This document shows, one piece after another, positions 24,701-32,759 of a stretch of 61,239 bases of DNA (the stretch's first letter is position 1; each line of letters begins with the position of its first letter). Where the stretch lies: positions 1-61,239 of the forward strand of contig CACEHW010000003.1 of NCBI GenBank assembly GCA_902559415.1. The letters are read 5' to 3'. Position numbers and translations under genes: made by a program. The DNA is from an uncultured Fidelibacterota bacterium (lineage in GTDB: Bacteria > Fidelibacterota > Marinisomatia > Marinisomatales > UBA1611). The notes under the pieces are model-generated. The model had not been told where the DNA came from. It was given only the letters and a program-made list of their open reading frames with translations, and made no database searches.

Positions 24701-25163
24701 AATCACCATTTAACATTTTTTCTGGAATCTCGCCTTTCAAACATCCAGATAAACATATTAAACCATCACTGTGTTTTTCTAAAATATCCATATCTATTCT
24801 TGGTCGATAATAAAACCCTTCAAGATATCCAGCCGTAACTAACTTCATAAGGTTTTTATATCCAATTTGATTTTGGACTAAAAGGATTAAATGATTATTA
24901 CCCCACCCGCCACCTGGTTGAGGTTTTTTATGATGCCTGCTTTCTACAGCTACATAAGTTTCACAGCCAATTATTGGATTAATACCAGCTTTTTGTGCTT
25001 TTTGGTAAAATGGAACCGTGCTAAACATATTCCCATGTTCAGTAAGAGCTACACCATCCATATTTAAGTCATCTATGGTGTTTACTAATTGCTCAACCCT
25101 TTGGGCACCATCTAGAAGGCTGTAATCAGAGTGATTATGTAAATGTATAAATTCTGAAGTCAT
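21723..25163 (-). CDS. dnaE: DNA polymerase III alpha subunit
   Basis: HLHNHSDYSLLDG PHP domain, GRGSAAGS, PDIDIDF, YGFNKSH. Start reassigned to ATG at 25163 (TAATG overlap with the upstream gene). Confidence 0.99.
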   Translation of the reverse strand: MTSEFIHLHNHSDYSLLDGAQRVEQLVNTIDDLNMDGVALTEHGNMFSTVPFYQKAQKAGINPIIGCETYVAVESRHHKKPQPGGGWGNNHLILLVQNQIGYKNLMKLVTAGYLEGFYYRPRIDMDILEKHSDGLICLSGCLKGEIPEKMLNGDYNGAREAALKYAEIFSDRFYLEVQNHGIPEEEANIENMKKLALDLSLPLVCTNDAHYSRKEHSEAHDIHICLGTGKDRDDPNRLRYATPEFYFKTQDEMHKLFKNVPGAIENTREIAESIDFEIITGDYHLPNFPIPEEEPDTDPDAYLKKLVINGARGLYSEMTPKVNDLIDHELSVIKNMGFAGYFLITADFVQYAKKNKIPVGPGRGSAAGSLVSYALGITDIDPIKHNLLFERFLNPDRISMPDIDIDFCIERRGEVIDYIKTQYGESSVSQIITFGSMKAKQVIRDVGRVMGYTFSEVDRLAKAIPDELNITLENAIKKSPEFREMSENEYKELVEHSLVLEGMNRHASIHAAGVVIAPGDLTNYVPLYKSSSGDVTTQYDMKGLEDLGLLKMDFLGLRNLTVINKALNLIELKGEQVEIDKVSMEEPEVYKLFANGLTIGVFQFESSGMREFLKKLKPTAIGDLIAMNALYRPGPMNNIDNFISRKQGSKKIVYPHPSLVPILEETYGIIVYQEQVMQIAHDIAGFSLSEADIMRRAMGKKDKRLMDELSLKFVSGAQKNDISKKKAEEIYALIEKFAQYGFNKSHSTAYAYIAYQTAWLKTFHAAEFMAANLTSEMSSIDRIVTLINECKKLKIEVKSPDVNISYTQFSPIDENNISYGLNAIKNVGEKALESIIENREDEGPFESIFDFCSRIDQQKVNKRVLESLIKSGAMDSLSGSRAQNFDAIDTAIKYGQQLQNSGNKNQVDLFSIGDEQSSLIKIPELKEIEDWDEKKSLLFEKEVLGMYVSGHPLLEHADEIEEFTSVDFSDSLSLKKNEVVTVGGMVTKITKKYDRRNRAMAFFEMDCFGGTVEVIAFSDCFEKYENLIEEDAVIFINGKMADDTNFSDLKVMADKIVSVENAREYFSRKLIINLSSQNVSPEDIEDLYEFSRRFPGDCNLLFYLSNPNPALSKPVTVLAHNIKISTDKNFIKQLRDKYGKENIRVE

Positions 25164-26002
25164 TAAATTGTTCCTATGTATATAGAGATTAAACCTCCAA
25201 GAGTACAAAACTTCAATAGTTTAGCCGCTTTTTTAGCCGTTTCAATACCAGGTTTATTCAGCAACGAAATTACAACTACCCCTAATGGAATCTCAACAGT
25301 GATAATTAACAAAACACCATAATAAAAATTATAATATCCATTTAAAAATAAAGTAAATGCAGCAATACTCAATAAAATAGATAAAATGGTACAAAAATAG
25401 ATTGCTTTTTGTTTGCCAATGACAATGGGGAGAGTTCTAGCGCCTATTGTTTCATCCCCTTTCAAGTCAGCAATATCTTTTACAATTTCTCTGATGAGAG
25501 TTAACCCAAATGCAAGCAATGATGGAACAATTAAGGGTTTTACATTTTTAAATACAACGCCAGCATAAATAAAAGATAATCCAATAATTAATGAAACAAT
25601 AATATTGCCGATTAGCGGATAGTTTTTGATTTTCGCATTATATAGAAAAAGTAATGGTAAGGAAATCCCTAATGATATGATTTGAGAATCAGAACTAAGC
25701 CTAAGGGCAAAATATACTCCAATAATAAATGAGATTAATGAGAAGCAAAGAGCCTGTTTTCTTGTTATATCCCCAATAACAATTGACCTATCTGGCCTAT
25801 TAATTTTATCTGTATCATAGTCAAAATAATCATTAAGAACATTTGCCCCTATCGTAAAAAAAACAACCACTAATATTGGTATTAATATTTGTTCTAAAGG
25901 ACCTCGATAGTCTGATATAAAAGATGAAAATATAATTGCAACCCCGCTAGATAAAACGTTCAAGGGTCTTATAATTTTGATAAAAGAAAAAAACTTACTC
26001 AA
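25163..26002 (-). CDS. UbiA-superfamily prenyltransferase, DGGGP-synthase-like
   Basis: IIRPLN, NDYFDYDTDKINRPDR, REIVKDIADLKGD...GARTLP; multi-TM. Confidence 0.8.
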   Translation of the reverse strand: MSKFFSFIKIIRPLNVLSSGVAIIFSSFISDYRGPLEQILIPILVVVFFTIGANVLNDYFDYDTDKINRPDRSIVIGDITRKQALCFSLISFIIGVYFALRLSSDSQIISLGISLPLLFLYNAKIKNYPLIGNIIVSLIIGLSFIYAGVVFKNVKPLIVPSLLAFGLTLIREIVKDIADLKGDETIGARTLPIVIGKQKAIYFCTILSILLSIAAFTLFLNGYYNFYYGVLLIITVEIPLGVVVISLLNKPGIETAKKAAKLLKFCTLGGLISIYIGTI

Positions 26003-26877
26003 CCTTTAAGAACCTTTAAAACTCTTGTATCTTTATTATAATCTTTAATCATTTCAATTTTATCATGTCCAGATTCCATAAAAAGCTTTTTTACCTTTAA
26101 AGGATGGCTCCCATTCCCGACTTCAACAATTAACGCTCCTTCATCATTTATAATATCATTTAACTTAACTGAAAAGAGTCTATAAAACTCTAAACCATCC
26201 ATTTTATCAGTAAGTGCAACATGTGGCTCATATTCTTTTACATCAATCATAAGAGAAGACATCTCTTTATTAGGAATATAAGGAGGATTAGAAACTATTA
26301 AATCAGCTAAATAATTAAAATTATCTTTTAAAAAATCAAGTTTGACAAACTCAATATTTTTAACCCCTATTCTCCTTGCATTTTCTCTAGCAACATTTAT
26401 AATAGATTCTGAATAATCAATCGCAGTAACTTGAGCCGATGGGAACTTTTTTGCCAGAGTTATTCCAATACAACCAGATCCTGTACCAATATCAATGATG
26501 CTAGGATTTTTTTTTGTTGACAAGAAATCAATGGAAACATTTATAATTATTTCAGTCTCTGGTCTAGGTATGAGCACATTTTTATCTACATTAAAATCTC
26601 TTCCATAAAAACTTGTTTTCCCAATAATATATTGAATAGGCTCTTTTTTTAGCCTCCTCTTAATAAGTTTTTTTAATTTTTTAAGATCAGAGGGGAGAAA
26701 TTCTTTTTCAAAGTCAATATATAAATCTATTTTTTCACAATTAAGTATGTGTTGTAAAAAAATTTCAATTTCTAATCTTGGATTATCAAAAGATTTTTTA
26801 CCAAAATAATCTACTCCCCAATTTATAACATCAATAATTCGCCAAATTTTCAGAGTTTCTTTTTTAGAATTATCCAA
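25999..26877 (-). CDS. prmC: Release factor glutamine methyltransferase
   Basis: EPIQYI, VLIPRPETE, DIGTGSG, VSNPPY; lies downstream of prfA. Confidence 0.97.
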   Translation of the reverse strand: MDNSKKETLKIWRIIDVINWGVDYFGKKSFDNPRLEIEIFLQHILNCEKIDLYIDFEKEFLPSDLKKLKKLIKRRLKKEPIQYIIGKTSFYGRDFNVDKNVLIPRPETEIIINVSIDFLSTKKNPSIIDIGTGSGCIGITLAKKFPSAQVTAIDYSESIINVARENARRIGVKNIEFVKLDFLKDNFNYLADLIVSNPPYIPNKEMSSLMIDVKEYEPHVALTDKMDGLEFYRLFSVKLNDIINDEGALIVEVGNGSHPLKVKKLFMESGHDKIEMIKDYNKDTRVLKVLKG

Positions 26878-26901
26878 TATAAATTACTAAATTGAAAAAA
26901 A

Positions 26902-27969
26902 TTAACCTATATCAGCAGATAGGATATCTTGCTGTTCAGCGATTTTTAATTCATCTATAATTTCTTCAATATCGCCATTCATTATTTCAGTTAACCTGTA
27001 AGATGTAAAATTAATTCGATGATCTGTAACTCGACCCTGAGGAAAGTTATATGTTCTTATTTTTGCAGAACGGTCTCCAGTTGAAACAAGGCTTTTCCTC
27101 TCAGCAGCTCTTTCTGCAGCTGCTTTTTCTTTTTGATCTGCTAATAGCCTTGATCTTAGAACCTTTAAAGCAGAAGCTCTATTTTTATGCTGAGATGATT
27201 CATCCTGGCAAGTAACAACTAATCCAGATGGGATATGAGTGATTCTGATTGCTGATTCAGTTTTATTTACATGCTGACCACCCGCTCCACTAGCTCTATA
27301 AGTATCTATTTTTAAATCAATGTCATTAATTTCAACATCTACTTCTTCAGCTTCTGGGAGAACTGCAACAGTTGCTGCAGAGGTATGAACTCGTCCACCT
27401 GTTTCTGTTTCAGGAACGCGCTGAACTCGATGCACTCCGCTCTCATATTTTAACATCCCATAAGCACCTCTGCCTTTCAAAGAGATGATGACCTCCTTAA
27501 AACCACCGATACCTATTTCGTTTGAGGCAATTAGCTCCTTTTCCCAATTATATTTTTCAGAAAAATGAGAATACAATCGAAACAAATCAGCAGCAAATAA
27601 TGCAGCTTCATCACCACCTGTCCCGGCTCTAATTTCTAAAATAATATTTTTATTATCCAAGGGATCCTCAGGAATTAATTTTACTTTTAAATCATTTTCT
27701 AGAGCTATTTTTTTCTCCTTATTTTGAGAAAGCTCTTCAGCCGCTAACTCTTTTAACTCTATATCATCAGAATCCATCATAGACTCACAATCAGCAATTT
27801 GATCTAATATTTTAATATAATCAATACCAGTATTAACTAAAGGCTCTAGCTGTTTGTACTCTTTTGCCAGTTCTTTGAGCTTATCAGGTTTTGATAAAAC
27901 TTCTTGGTCTGCCATTTGCTCTTGGATAGAGCCATACCTTTCAATAATAGATTCTAATTTATCTCTCAA
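26902..27969 (-). CDS. prfA: Peptide chain release factor 1
   Basis: EIRAGTGGDEA, RVPET (PxT), GAGGQHVN. Confidence 0.98.
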   Translation of the reverse strand: MRDKLESIIERYGSIQEQMADQEVLSKPDKLKELAKEYKQLEPLVNTGIDYIKILDQIADCESMMDSDDIELKELAAEELSQNKEKKIALENDLKVKLIPEDPLDNKNIILEIRAGTGGDEAALFAADLFRLYSHFSEKYNWEKELIASNEIGIGGFKEVIISLKGRGAYGMLKYESGVHRVQRVPETETGGRVHTSAATVAVLPEAEEVDVEINDIDLKIDTYRASGAGGQHVNKTESAIRITHIPSGLVVTCQDESSQHKNRASALKVLRSRLLADQKEKAAAERAAERKSLVSTGDRSAKIRTYNFPQGRVTDHRINFTSYRLTEIMNGDIEEIIDELKIAEQQDILSADIG

Positions 27970-28904
27970 CCTATTGCCTCAGCTGTAAACTCTTGCCCAA
28001 GAAATTCTTCATATTTATCTCCAAAAGCATCTTTGATAGCTGCAATAGAAACTTCAACCATATTATCATCAGGCTGTTTCGTTGTGATATTTTGCAGGAA
28101 AATACCTGGTTTTTTCAAAAAGTAAAAAAACACACTATTACTTTTAGATGTAATTTTTATCATTTCATATCCAAATCCGGAGACTAATGGTATTAAAGGC
28201 AAATGAGTTAGAAGCCTCGTGGCGATGGATATATCCCCAACAAAATGCATTGTGATTGTATCAACAATTGCAAACACAAAAATTGCACTTAAAAGCACAA
28301 TGAACATAAAGCTTGTCCCACATCTAGGATGCTGAGTCGGAAATAATTGGGCATTTTTTATTGATATGTTTTCTCCAGACTCAAAATTATAAACAACTTT
28401 ATGCTCAGCTCCATGATATTGAAATAGTCTTGATATATCTGCTATTTTTGAAATTAAAAATAAATAAAAAATAAAAAATACAATTCTAAATGACCCAGCC
28501 AAAATATTAAAAAGAACTGCCCCTTGATCAATTAAAAATAATTTTGTGGTTAACCATATTGGTAAAACCATAAATAATGAAATTGCTAATAAAATTGAAA
28601 ATAAAGTTGTAAAACTATCTAGCATCCTAGAAGTAAGGCTATCACTATTTTCTTCTGGATATGTTATATCTGCAGACCATTGCAATGTAGCCATCCCCAT
28701 TTTCATTGCTTCATATAATGATGCTATTCCTCTTAATATAGGCATTGACCATACTGTAGAATCTTCAGTAATAGATCTAAACTTTTGACGTTTTAATTGT
28801 ATCTTTCCTTTTGGATCTCGAACAGCTGTTGAATAAGCTCCTGGGACTCTCATCATTACGCCTTCAATAACGGCTTGCCCTCCAACAAGAATATTAGGTT
28901 TCAT
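27966..28904 (-). CDS. DUF1385 (YqhQ-like) membrane protein
   Basis: VGGQAVIEGVMMR, FQYHGAEHK, HPRCGTSF; usual rpmE-DUF1385-prfA-prmC context. Start set at MKPNILVGGQ. Confidence 0.9.
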   Translation of the reverse strand: MKPNILVGGQAVIEGVMMRVPGAYSTAVRDPKGKIQLKRQKFRSITEDSTVWSMPILRGIASLYEAMKMGMATLQWSADITYPEENSDSLTSRMLDSFTTLFSILLAISLFMVLPIWLTTKLFLIDQGAVLFNILAGSFRIVFFIFYLFLISKIADISRLFQYHGAEHKVVYNFESGENISIKNAQLFPTQHPRCGTSFMFIVLLSAIFVFAIVDTITMHFVGDISIATRLLTHLPLIPLVSGFGYEMIKITSKSNSVFFYFLKKPGIFLQNITTKQPDDNMVEVSIAAIKDAFGDKYEEFLGQEFTAEAIG

Positions 28905-28934
28905 TGTTAAAAGCAGAAGTAATCTATTCATAAT

Positions 28935-28977
28935 AAAAAAATAGCCGCACGAAACTCAACGTCTAGTACGGCTATTT
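28935..28977 (-). terminator. Intrinsic terminator after rpmE2
   Basis: Minus strand AAATAGCCGTAC-(15 nt)-GTGCGGCTATTT followed by Ts. Confidence 0.8.
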
Positions 28978-28992
28978 AAATTAATAAACCTT

Positions 28993-29241
28993 TTATTTCT
29001 TGCTATATTTTTTCTGGAATTTTTCTATTCTTCCAGCAGTATCAACCAAGTTTTGTTGTCCAGTAAAGAATGGATGTGATTTATTAGATATCTCAATGCT
29101 GTACAATGGATACTCTTTCCCATCATCCCAAACTACAGTGTCTTTTGTTTCAACTGTAGACTTTGTTAAAAAAGAGTAGTCACAAGACAAATCTTTAAAA
29201 ACTACTAACCTATAATTTTCTGGATGAATATTTTTTTTCAT
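28993..29241 (-). CDS. rpmE2: 50S ribosomal protein L31, type B (no zinc ribbon)
   Basis: MKKNIHPENYR, SHPFFTG, DTAGRIEKF; 82 aa; GAGGAG SD. Confidence 0.96.
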   Translation of the reverse strand: MKKNIHPENYRLVVFKDLSCDYSFLTKSTVETKDTVVWDDGKEYPLYSIEISNKSHPFFTGQQNLVDTAGRIEKFQKKYSKK

Positions 29242-29244
29242 TTT

Positions 29245-30444
29245 TTACTCCTCAATCATTTCAAGGGCTTTTTTTACTCTGTCCATACCCTTTTGAATTA
29301 TTTTTCTGTTTGTTGCATATGAAAATCTTATGTGTTCAGAAGAGCCAAATCCATCTCCTGGAACAGTTACAACCTGTACAGCGTCGAGAATATACTCTGA
29401 AATATCAAAAGTATCTTTCAATAATTTACCGTTCGCTTTTCGATTTAAATATGAACTAAAATCAGGAAAAACATAAAAAGCACCATTTGGTATAGCGCAC
29501 TTTACTCCAGGAAGGTTATTTAAAAGTCTCACAATTAAATCTCTTCTTTGTAAAAAAGACCTTTTCATATCCTCAACACAATTTTGATCTCCAAGTAATG
29601 CTTCAATACTTGCTTTTTGCCCAATAGAATTTGCGCATGAAGTAGCCTGCCCCTGAATCTTAGACATTGCTTTGATTATATTTTTGGGACCTGCAGCATA
29701 GCCTATTCTCCAACCTGTCATAGCATAGGTTTTTGATAAGCTCATACATGTTAAAACAGTGGCACCAATATTATGAACCTGATTTAATTTTTCTGCACTA
29801 GTAAAATCACCATCATAAACTAACCTCTCATAACACTCATCGGAAATAACAACCCATTGATTTTCTTTGGCTATTTTCAATAATCTTACAATAGCCTCAT
29901 TTCTCCACACACCTCCAGTAGGGTTTGATGGTGAATTAATTATAACACCCTTTATAGTAGAGTTGATTTTTGATTCTAAATCATCAAAATTTGGCTCAAA
30001 ATTACTTTCAGAAAGAGTATCTACTAGAACAGGATTAGCTTCTGCCATTTTCACAAACTCTGGGAAGGAGACCCAGTAAGGAGAGAAGACTACTACACTG
30101 TCGTCTGGATCAAATATAGCCTGACAAGCATTATATAAACTTTGTTTTTCTCCATTTGAAACAAGAATACTAGAAGGATCATAAGAAATCTTATTTTCCC
30201 TTTCTAATTTTTCACAAATTGCTTCCCTAAGCTCAATCATTCCTGGACCAGCAGTATATTTTGTATAACCTTGATCCAAAGCCTCTTTTGCTGCATCTCG
30301 AATATGTTTTGGAGTATTAAAATCAGGCTCGCCTACAGAAAAGTTTATAACATCAACCCCTCTTGACCTCATATCAGCTGCTTTTGTTGCCATCTGTAAA
30401 GTAAAAGATGGGTTGATGTTATTTACTCTTTGCGCTATACTCAA
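29245..30444 (-). CDS. aspC: PLP-dependent aminotransferase class I/II (aspartate aminotransferase-like)
   Basis: GEPDF.TP, NSPSNPTG, SDECY, SKTYAMTGWRIGY, PNGAFY. Confidence 0.9.
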   Translation of the reverse strand: MSIAQRVNNINPSFTLQMATKAADMRSRGVDVINFSVGEPDFNTPKHIRDAAKEALDQGYTKYTAGPGMIELREAICEKLERENKISYDPSSILVSNGEKQSLYNACQAIFDPDDSVVVFSPYWVSFPEFVKMAEANPVLVDTLSESNFEPNFDDLESKINSTIKGVIINSPSNPTGGVWRNEAIVRLLKIAKENQWVVISDECYERLVYDGDFTSAEKLNQVHNIGATVLTCMSLSKTYAMTGWRIGYAAGPKNIIKAMSKIQGQATSCANSIGQKASIEALLGDQNCVEDMKRSFLQRRDLIVRLLNNLPGVKCAIPNGAFYVFPDFSSYLNRKANGKLLKDTFDISEYILDAVQVVTVPGDGFGSSEHIRFSYATNRKIIQKGMDRVKKALEMIEE

Positions 30445-31400
30445 AACTTATGTTGCTTTTTATGATACTCTTCCGAGTTAAACCGAGAATCATCATCAAT
30501 ATCAGCTTCTTTTTTATTAAAATTATTACCTTTCCCCTTAGAAATTCCTCGTGGAGAAGGATTACCATTATTTGAGAATCTTTTTTTCTTGCCTTTATAT
30601 TTTTTTTTCTTCCTTCTTTTATTAATTACAGGAGAATCATTAATAGTGACAAATGAAAGGAATTTATCAGAAGTATTAATTTCTTCTTGGACATAATCTT
30701 CATCAGAATCCTGAAACTCTAAATTACTTATATGATTTAAACTAAAAATAGAGCCATATCCCCTTGTGATACCATTCCCAAACCCAATATAGCTGGGCAA
30801 CATAAAATTAGTTTTAAATTCAGCATTAAATGATCTCCATCCATTTTCATCATGTTTATTAGGCTTAATGTCCTGAACTTCAACTTTTGTATATATTTTA
30901 GAATCAATATTCAAACCCAACTCTTTCGACAAAAATAATAAGTTTTGGCCAAGTAGTTTGTTCAAAAATAAGATTTTCTCTTCATCTACTAGATTTTTGT
31001 ACTTCCTGTTGGTTCCAGCATTTAAAGCAACCCAAGGTGTTATGAATTTATATCTTAGCAGTTTATCAGCCATCATAACCGCATCATTGTTTTGCTCTGT
31101 TTCAACCTCTTCAATTTTTAAAGTAATATCACCAAAATTAAAAGAATCTAAATTTTTTATTAATGCTTGTACTGGCTCTACTCCCTCATTTATACCAACA
31201 ATATATATTTGTTCATTTAATATTTTAACCTGAACTCGAGGATAAAGATATTTACTTCTTAACCTGCCATCAAGAAAAGGGATTATTTTTTCATCAGGGA
31301 ACAGCTTCATAAAAACACCTTTCACTTGATAGGGGGTTTTTATTACAGGCTTGTCAGAAATCAAGCGAGCAGTGATAGACTCAGATATAATTGCTTCCAT
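30441..31400 (-). CDS. Stand-alone Cas6b-like RAMP protein with charged C-terminal extension
   Basis: YLYPRVQVK, IVGINEG, YKFITPWVALN, FKTNFMLPSYIGFGNGITRGYG. The last matches the Cas6 G-loop GhG-x5-GhG with R in the spacer. Confidence 0.82.
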   Translation of the reverse strand: MEAIISESITARLISDKPVIKTPYQVKGVFMKLFPDEKIIPFLDGRLRSKYLYPRVQVKILNEQIYIVGINEGVEPVQALIKNLDSFNFGDITLKIEEVETEQNNDAVMMADKLLRYKFITPWVALNAGTNRKYKNLVDEEKILFLNKLLGQNLLFLSKELGLNIDSKIYTKVEVQDIKPNKHDENGWRSFNAEFKTNFMLPSYIGFGNGITRGYGSIFSLNHISNLEFQDSDEDYVQEEINTSDKFLSFVTINDSPVINKRRKKKKYKGKKKRFSNNGNPSPRGISKGKGNNFNKKEADIDDDSRFNSEEYHKKQHKF

Positions 31401-31431
31401 TAGTTATATTAATAATAAATACTAAAAATCT

Positions 31432-32682
31432 TTACTGACTCATAGTATCCAAAAATTCATTATTAGATTTAGTTCTCTTTATTCTATCAATTAAAAATTG
31501 AATAGCTTCATCAACTTTCATATCATTTACTAGTTTTCTGAGAATCCACATCCGGCCTAATTCTTTTCGACTAAGTAGTAATTCTTCTTTTCTAGTACCT
31601 GATTTTATAATGTCAAAAGCAGGATAAATCCTTCTGTCGCTTAAATGCCTATCCAAGGCAAGCTCCATATTTCCCGTACCTTTAAATTCTTCAAAAATAA
31701 CTTCGTCTGCTCTACTACCTGTATCCACTAATGCAGTTGCAATAATCGTTAAACTACCACCTTCTTCAGTATTTCTAGCAGCACCTAAAAATTGTTTTGG
31801 TTTTTTTAATGCATTAAAGTCGACTCCTCCAGACAAAATTTTACCGCTGTGTGGGATAACAGCATTATGTGCTCTCCCTAACCTAGTTATACTATCTAAA
31901 AGAATCACAACGTCATCACCAAATTCAACCATCCTCTTTGCTTTTTGAAGAACCATATCTGAAACAGATACATGTCTCTCTGGCGGCTCGTCAAATGTAG
32001 AACTTACAACCTCAGCATCAACATTTCGTTTCATGTCAGTGACTTCTTCAGGCCTTTCATCAATTAACAAAACTATTCTTTTTGTATCAGGATGATTTTT
32101 ACTTATCGCATTTGCAATTTTTTGCATTAAAACAGTCTTACCTGTTTTTGGCTGGGCAACAATAAGTGCTCTTTGACCCATACCTATTGGTGAGACTAAA
32201 TCCATAATTCTCATAGATATGTTTTTTTCATCTGTTTCTAAAACAAATCTTTTTTCAGGGTATAATGGAGTAAAATTTTCAAAAAGAATACAATCCTTTA
32301 ACTTTTCAACAGGCTGATCATTAACTAATTCGACTCTCAATAAAGCATAAAACCTCTCTTTTGCTTTAGGCGGCCTAATTTGTCCAGAAACCTTATGCCC
32401 GGTCTTCAACCTAAATCTTTTAATCTGAGAAGGACTAACATAAATATCATCTGGACCAGGCATGTAGTTAAAATCAGGTGACCTTAAAAAGCCATATCCA
32501 TCATGCATAACCTCTAAAATACCCTTTGCAAAAACTGATCCATCTTTTTCTGCCTGAGCTTCTAATATTTTTACTGTGAGCTCTTGCTTATTTAAACCAG
32601 AAATATCATCTGATATTTTTAGTGATTTTGCTAACTCTGCCAGCTCCTGAATACGTAAAGCCTGTAACTCGCTTAAATCCAT
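31432..32682 (-). CDS. rho: Transcription termination factor Rho
   Basis: [45 protein letters not shown]; 416 aa with no N-terminal insertion. Confidence 0.99.
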   Translation of the reverse strand: MDLSELQALRIQELAELAKSLKISDDISGLNKQELTVKILEAQAEKDGSVFAKGILEVMHDGYGFLRSPDFNYMPGPDDIYVSPSQIKRFRLKTGHKVSGQIRPPKAKERFYALLRVELVNDQPVEKLKDCILFENFTPLYPEKRFVLETDEKNISMRIMDLVSPIGMGQRALIVAQPKTGKTVLMQKIANAISKNHPDTKRIVLLIDERPEEVTDMKRNVDAEVVSSTFDEPPERHVSVSDMVLQKAKRMVEFGDDVVILLDSITRLGRAHNAVIPHSGKILSGGVDFNALKKPKQFLGAARNTEEGGSLTIIATALVDTGSRADEVIFEEFKGTGNMELALDRHLSDRRIYPAFDIIKSGTRKEELLLSRKELGRMWILRKLVNDMKVDEAIQFLIDRIKRTKSNNEFLDTMSQ

Positions 32683-32719
32683 AAATAATTCCCTAATAAT
32701 TCATTAAAATTAGTATGTT

Positions 32720-32745
32720 AAAACTCTACCGGGGATTGTGGTAGA
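32720..32745 (-). promoter_or_regulatory. Hairpin in the folC-rho intergenic region (rho leader)
   Basis: Minus strand TCTACC-ACAATCCCC-GGTAGA followed by GTTTTAA. Confidence 0.45.
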
Positions 32746-32759
32746 TAATATAAATTACA

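Noticed and set aside
25164-25208. N-terminal extensions in the ORF track for dnaE (also the Ig protein, GT2 and DUF1385)
   Set aside because: Downstream ATGs give family-typical N-termini and tighter gene coupling.
32725-32746. TCTAC...GTAGAT resemblance to a Cas12a repeat stem
   Set aside because: Single copy, wrong loop length, and no Cas12 gene; kept only as a generic hairpin.
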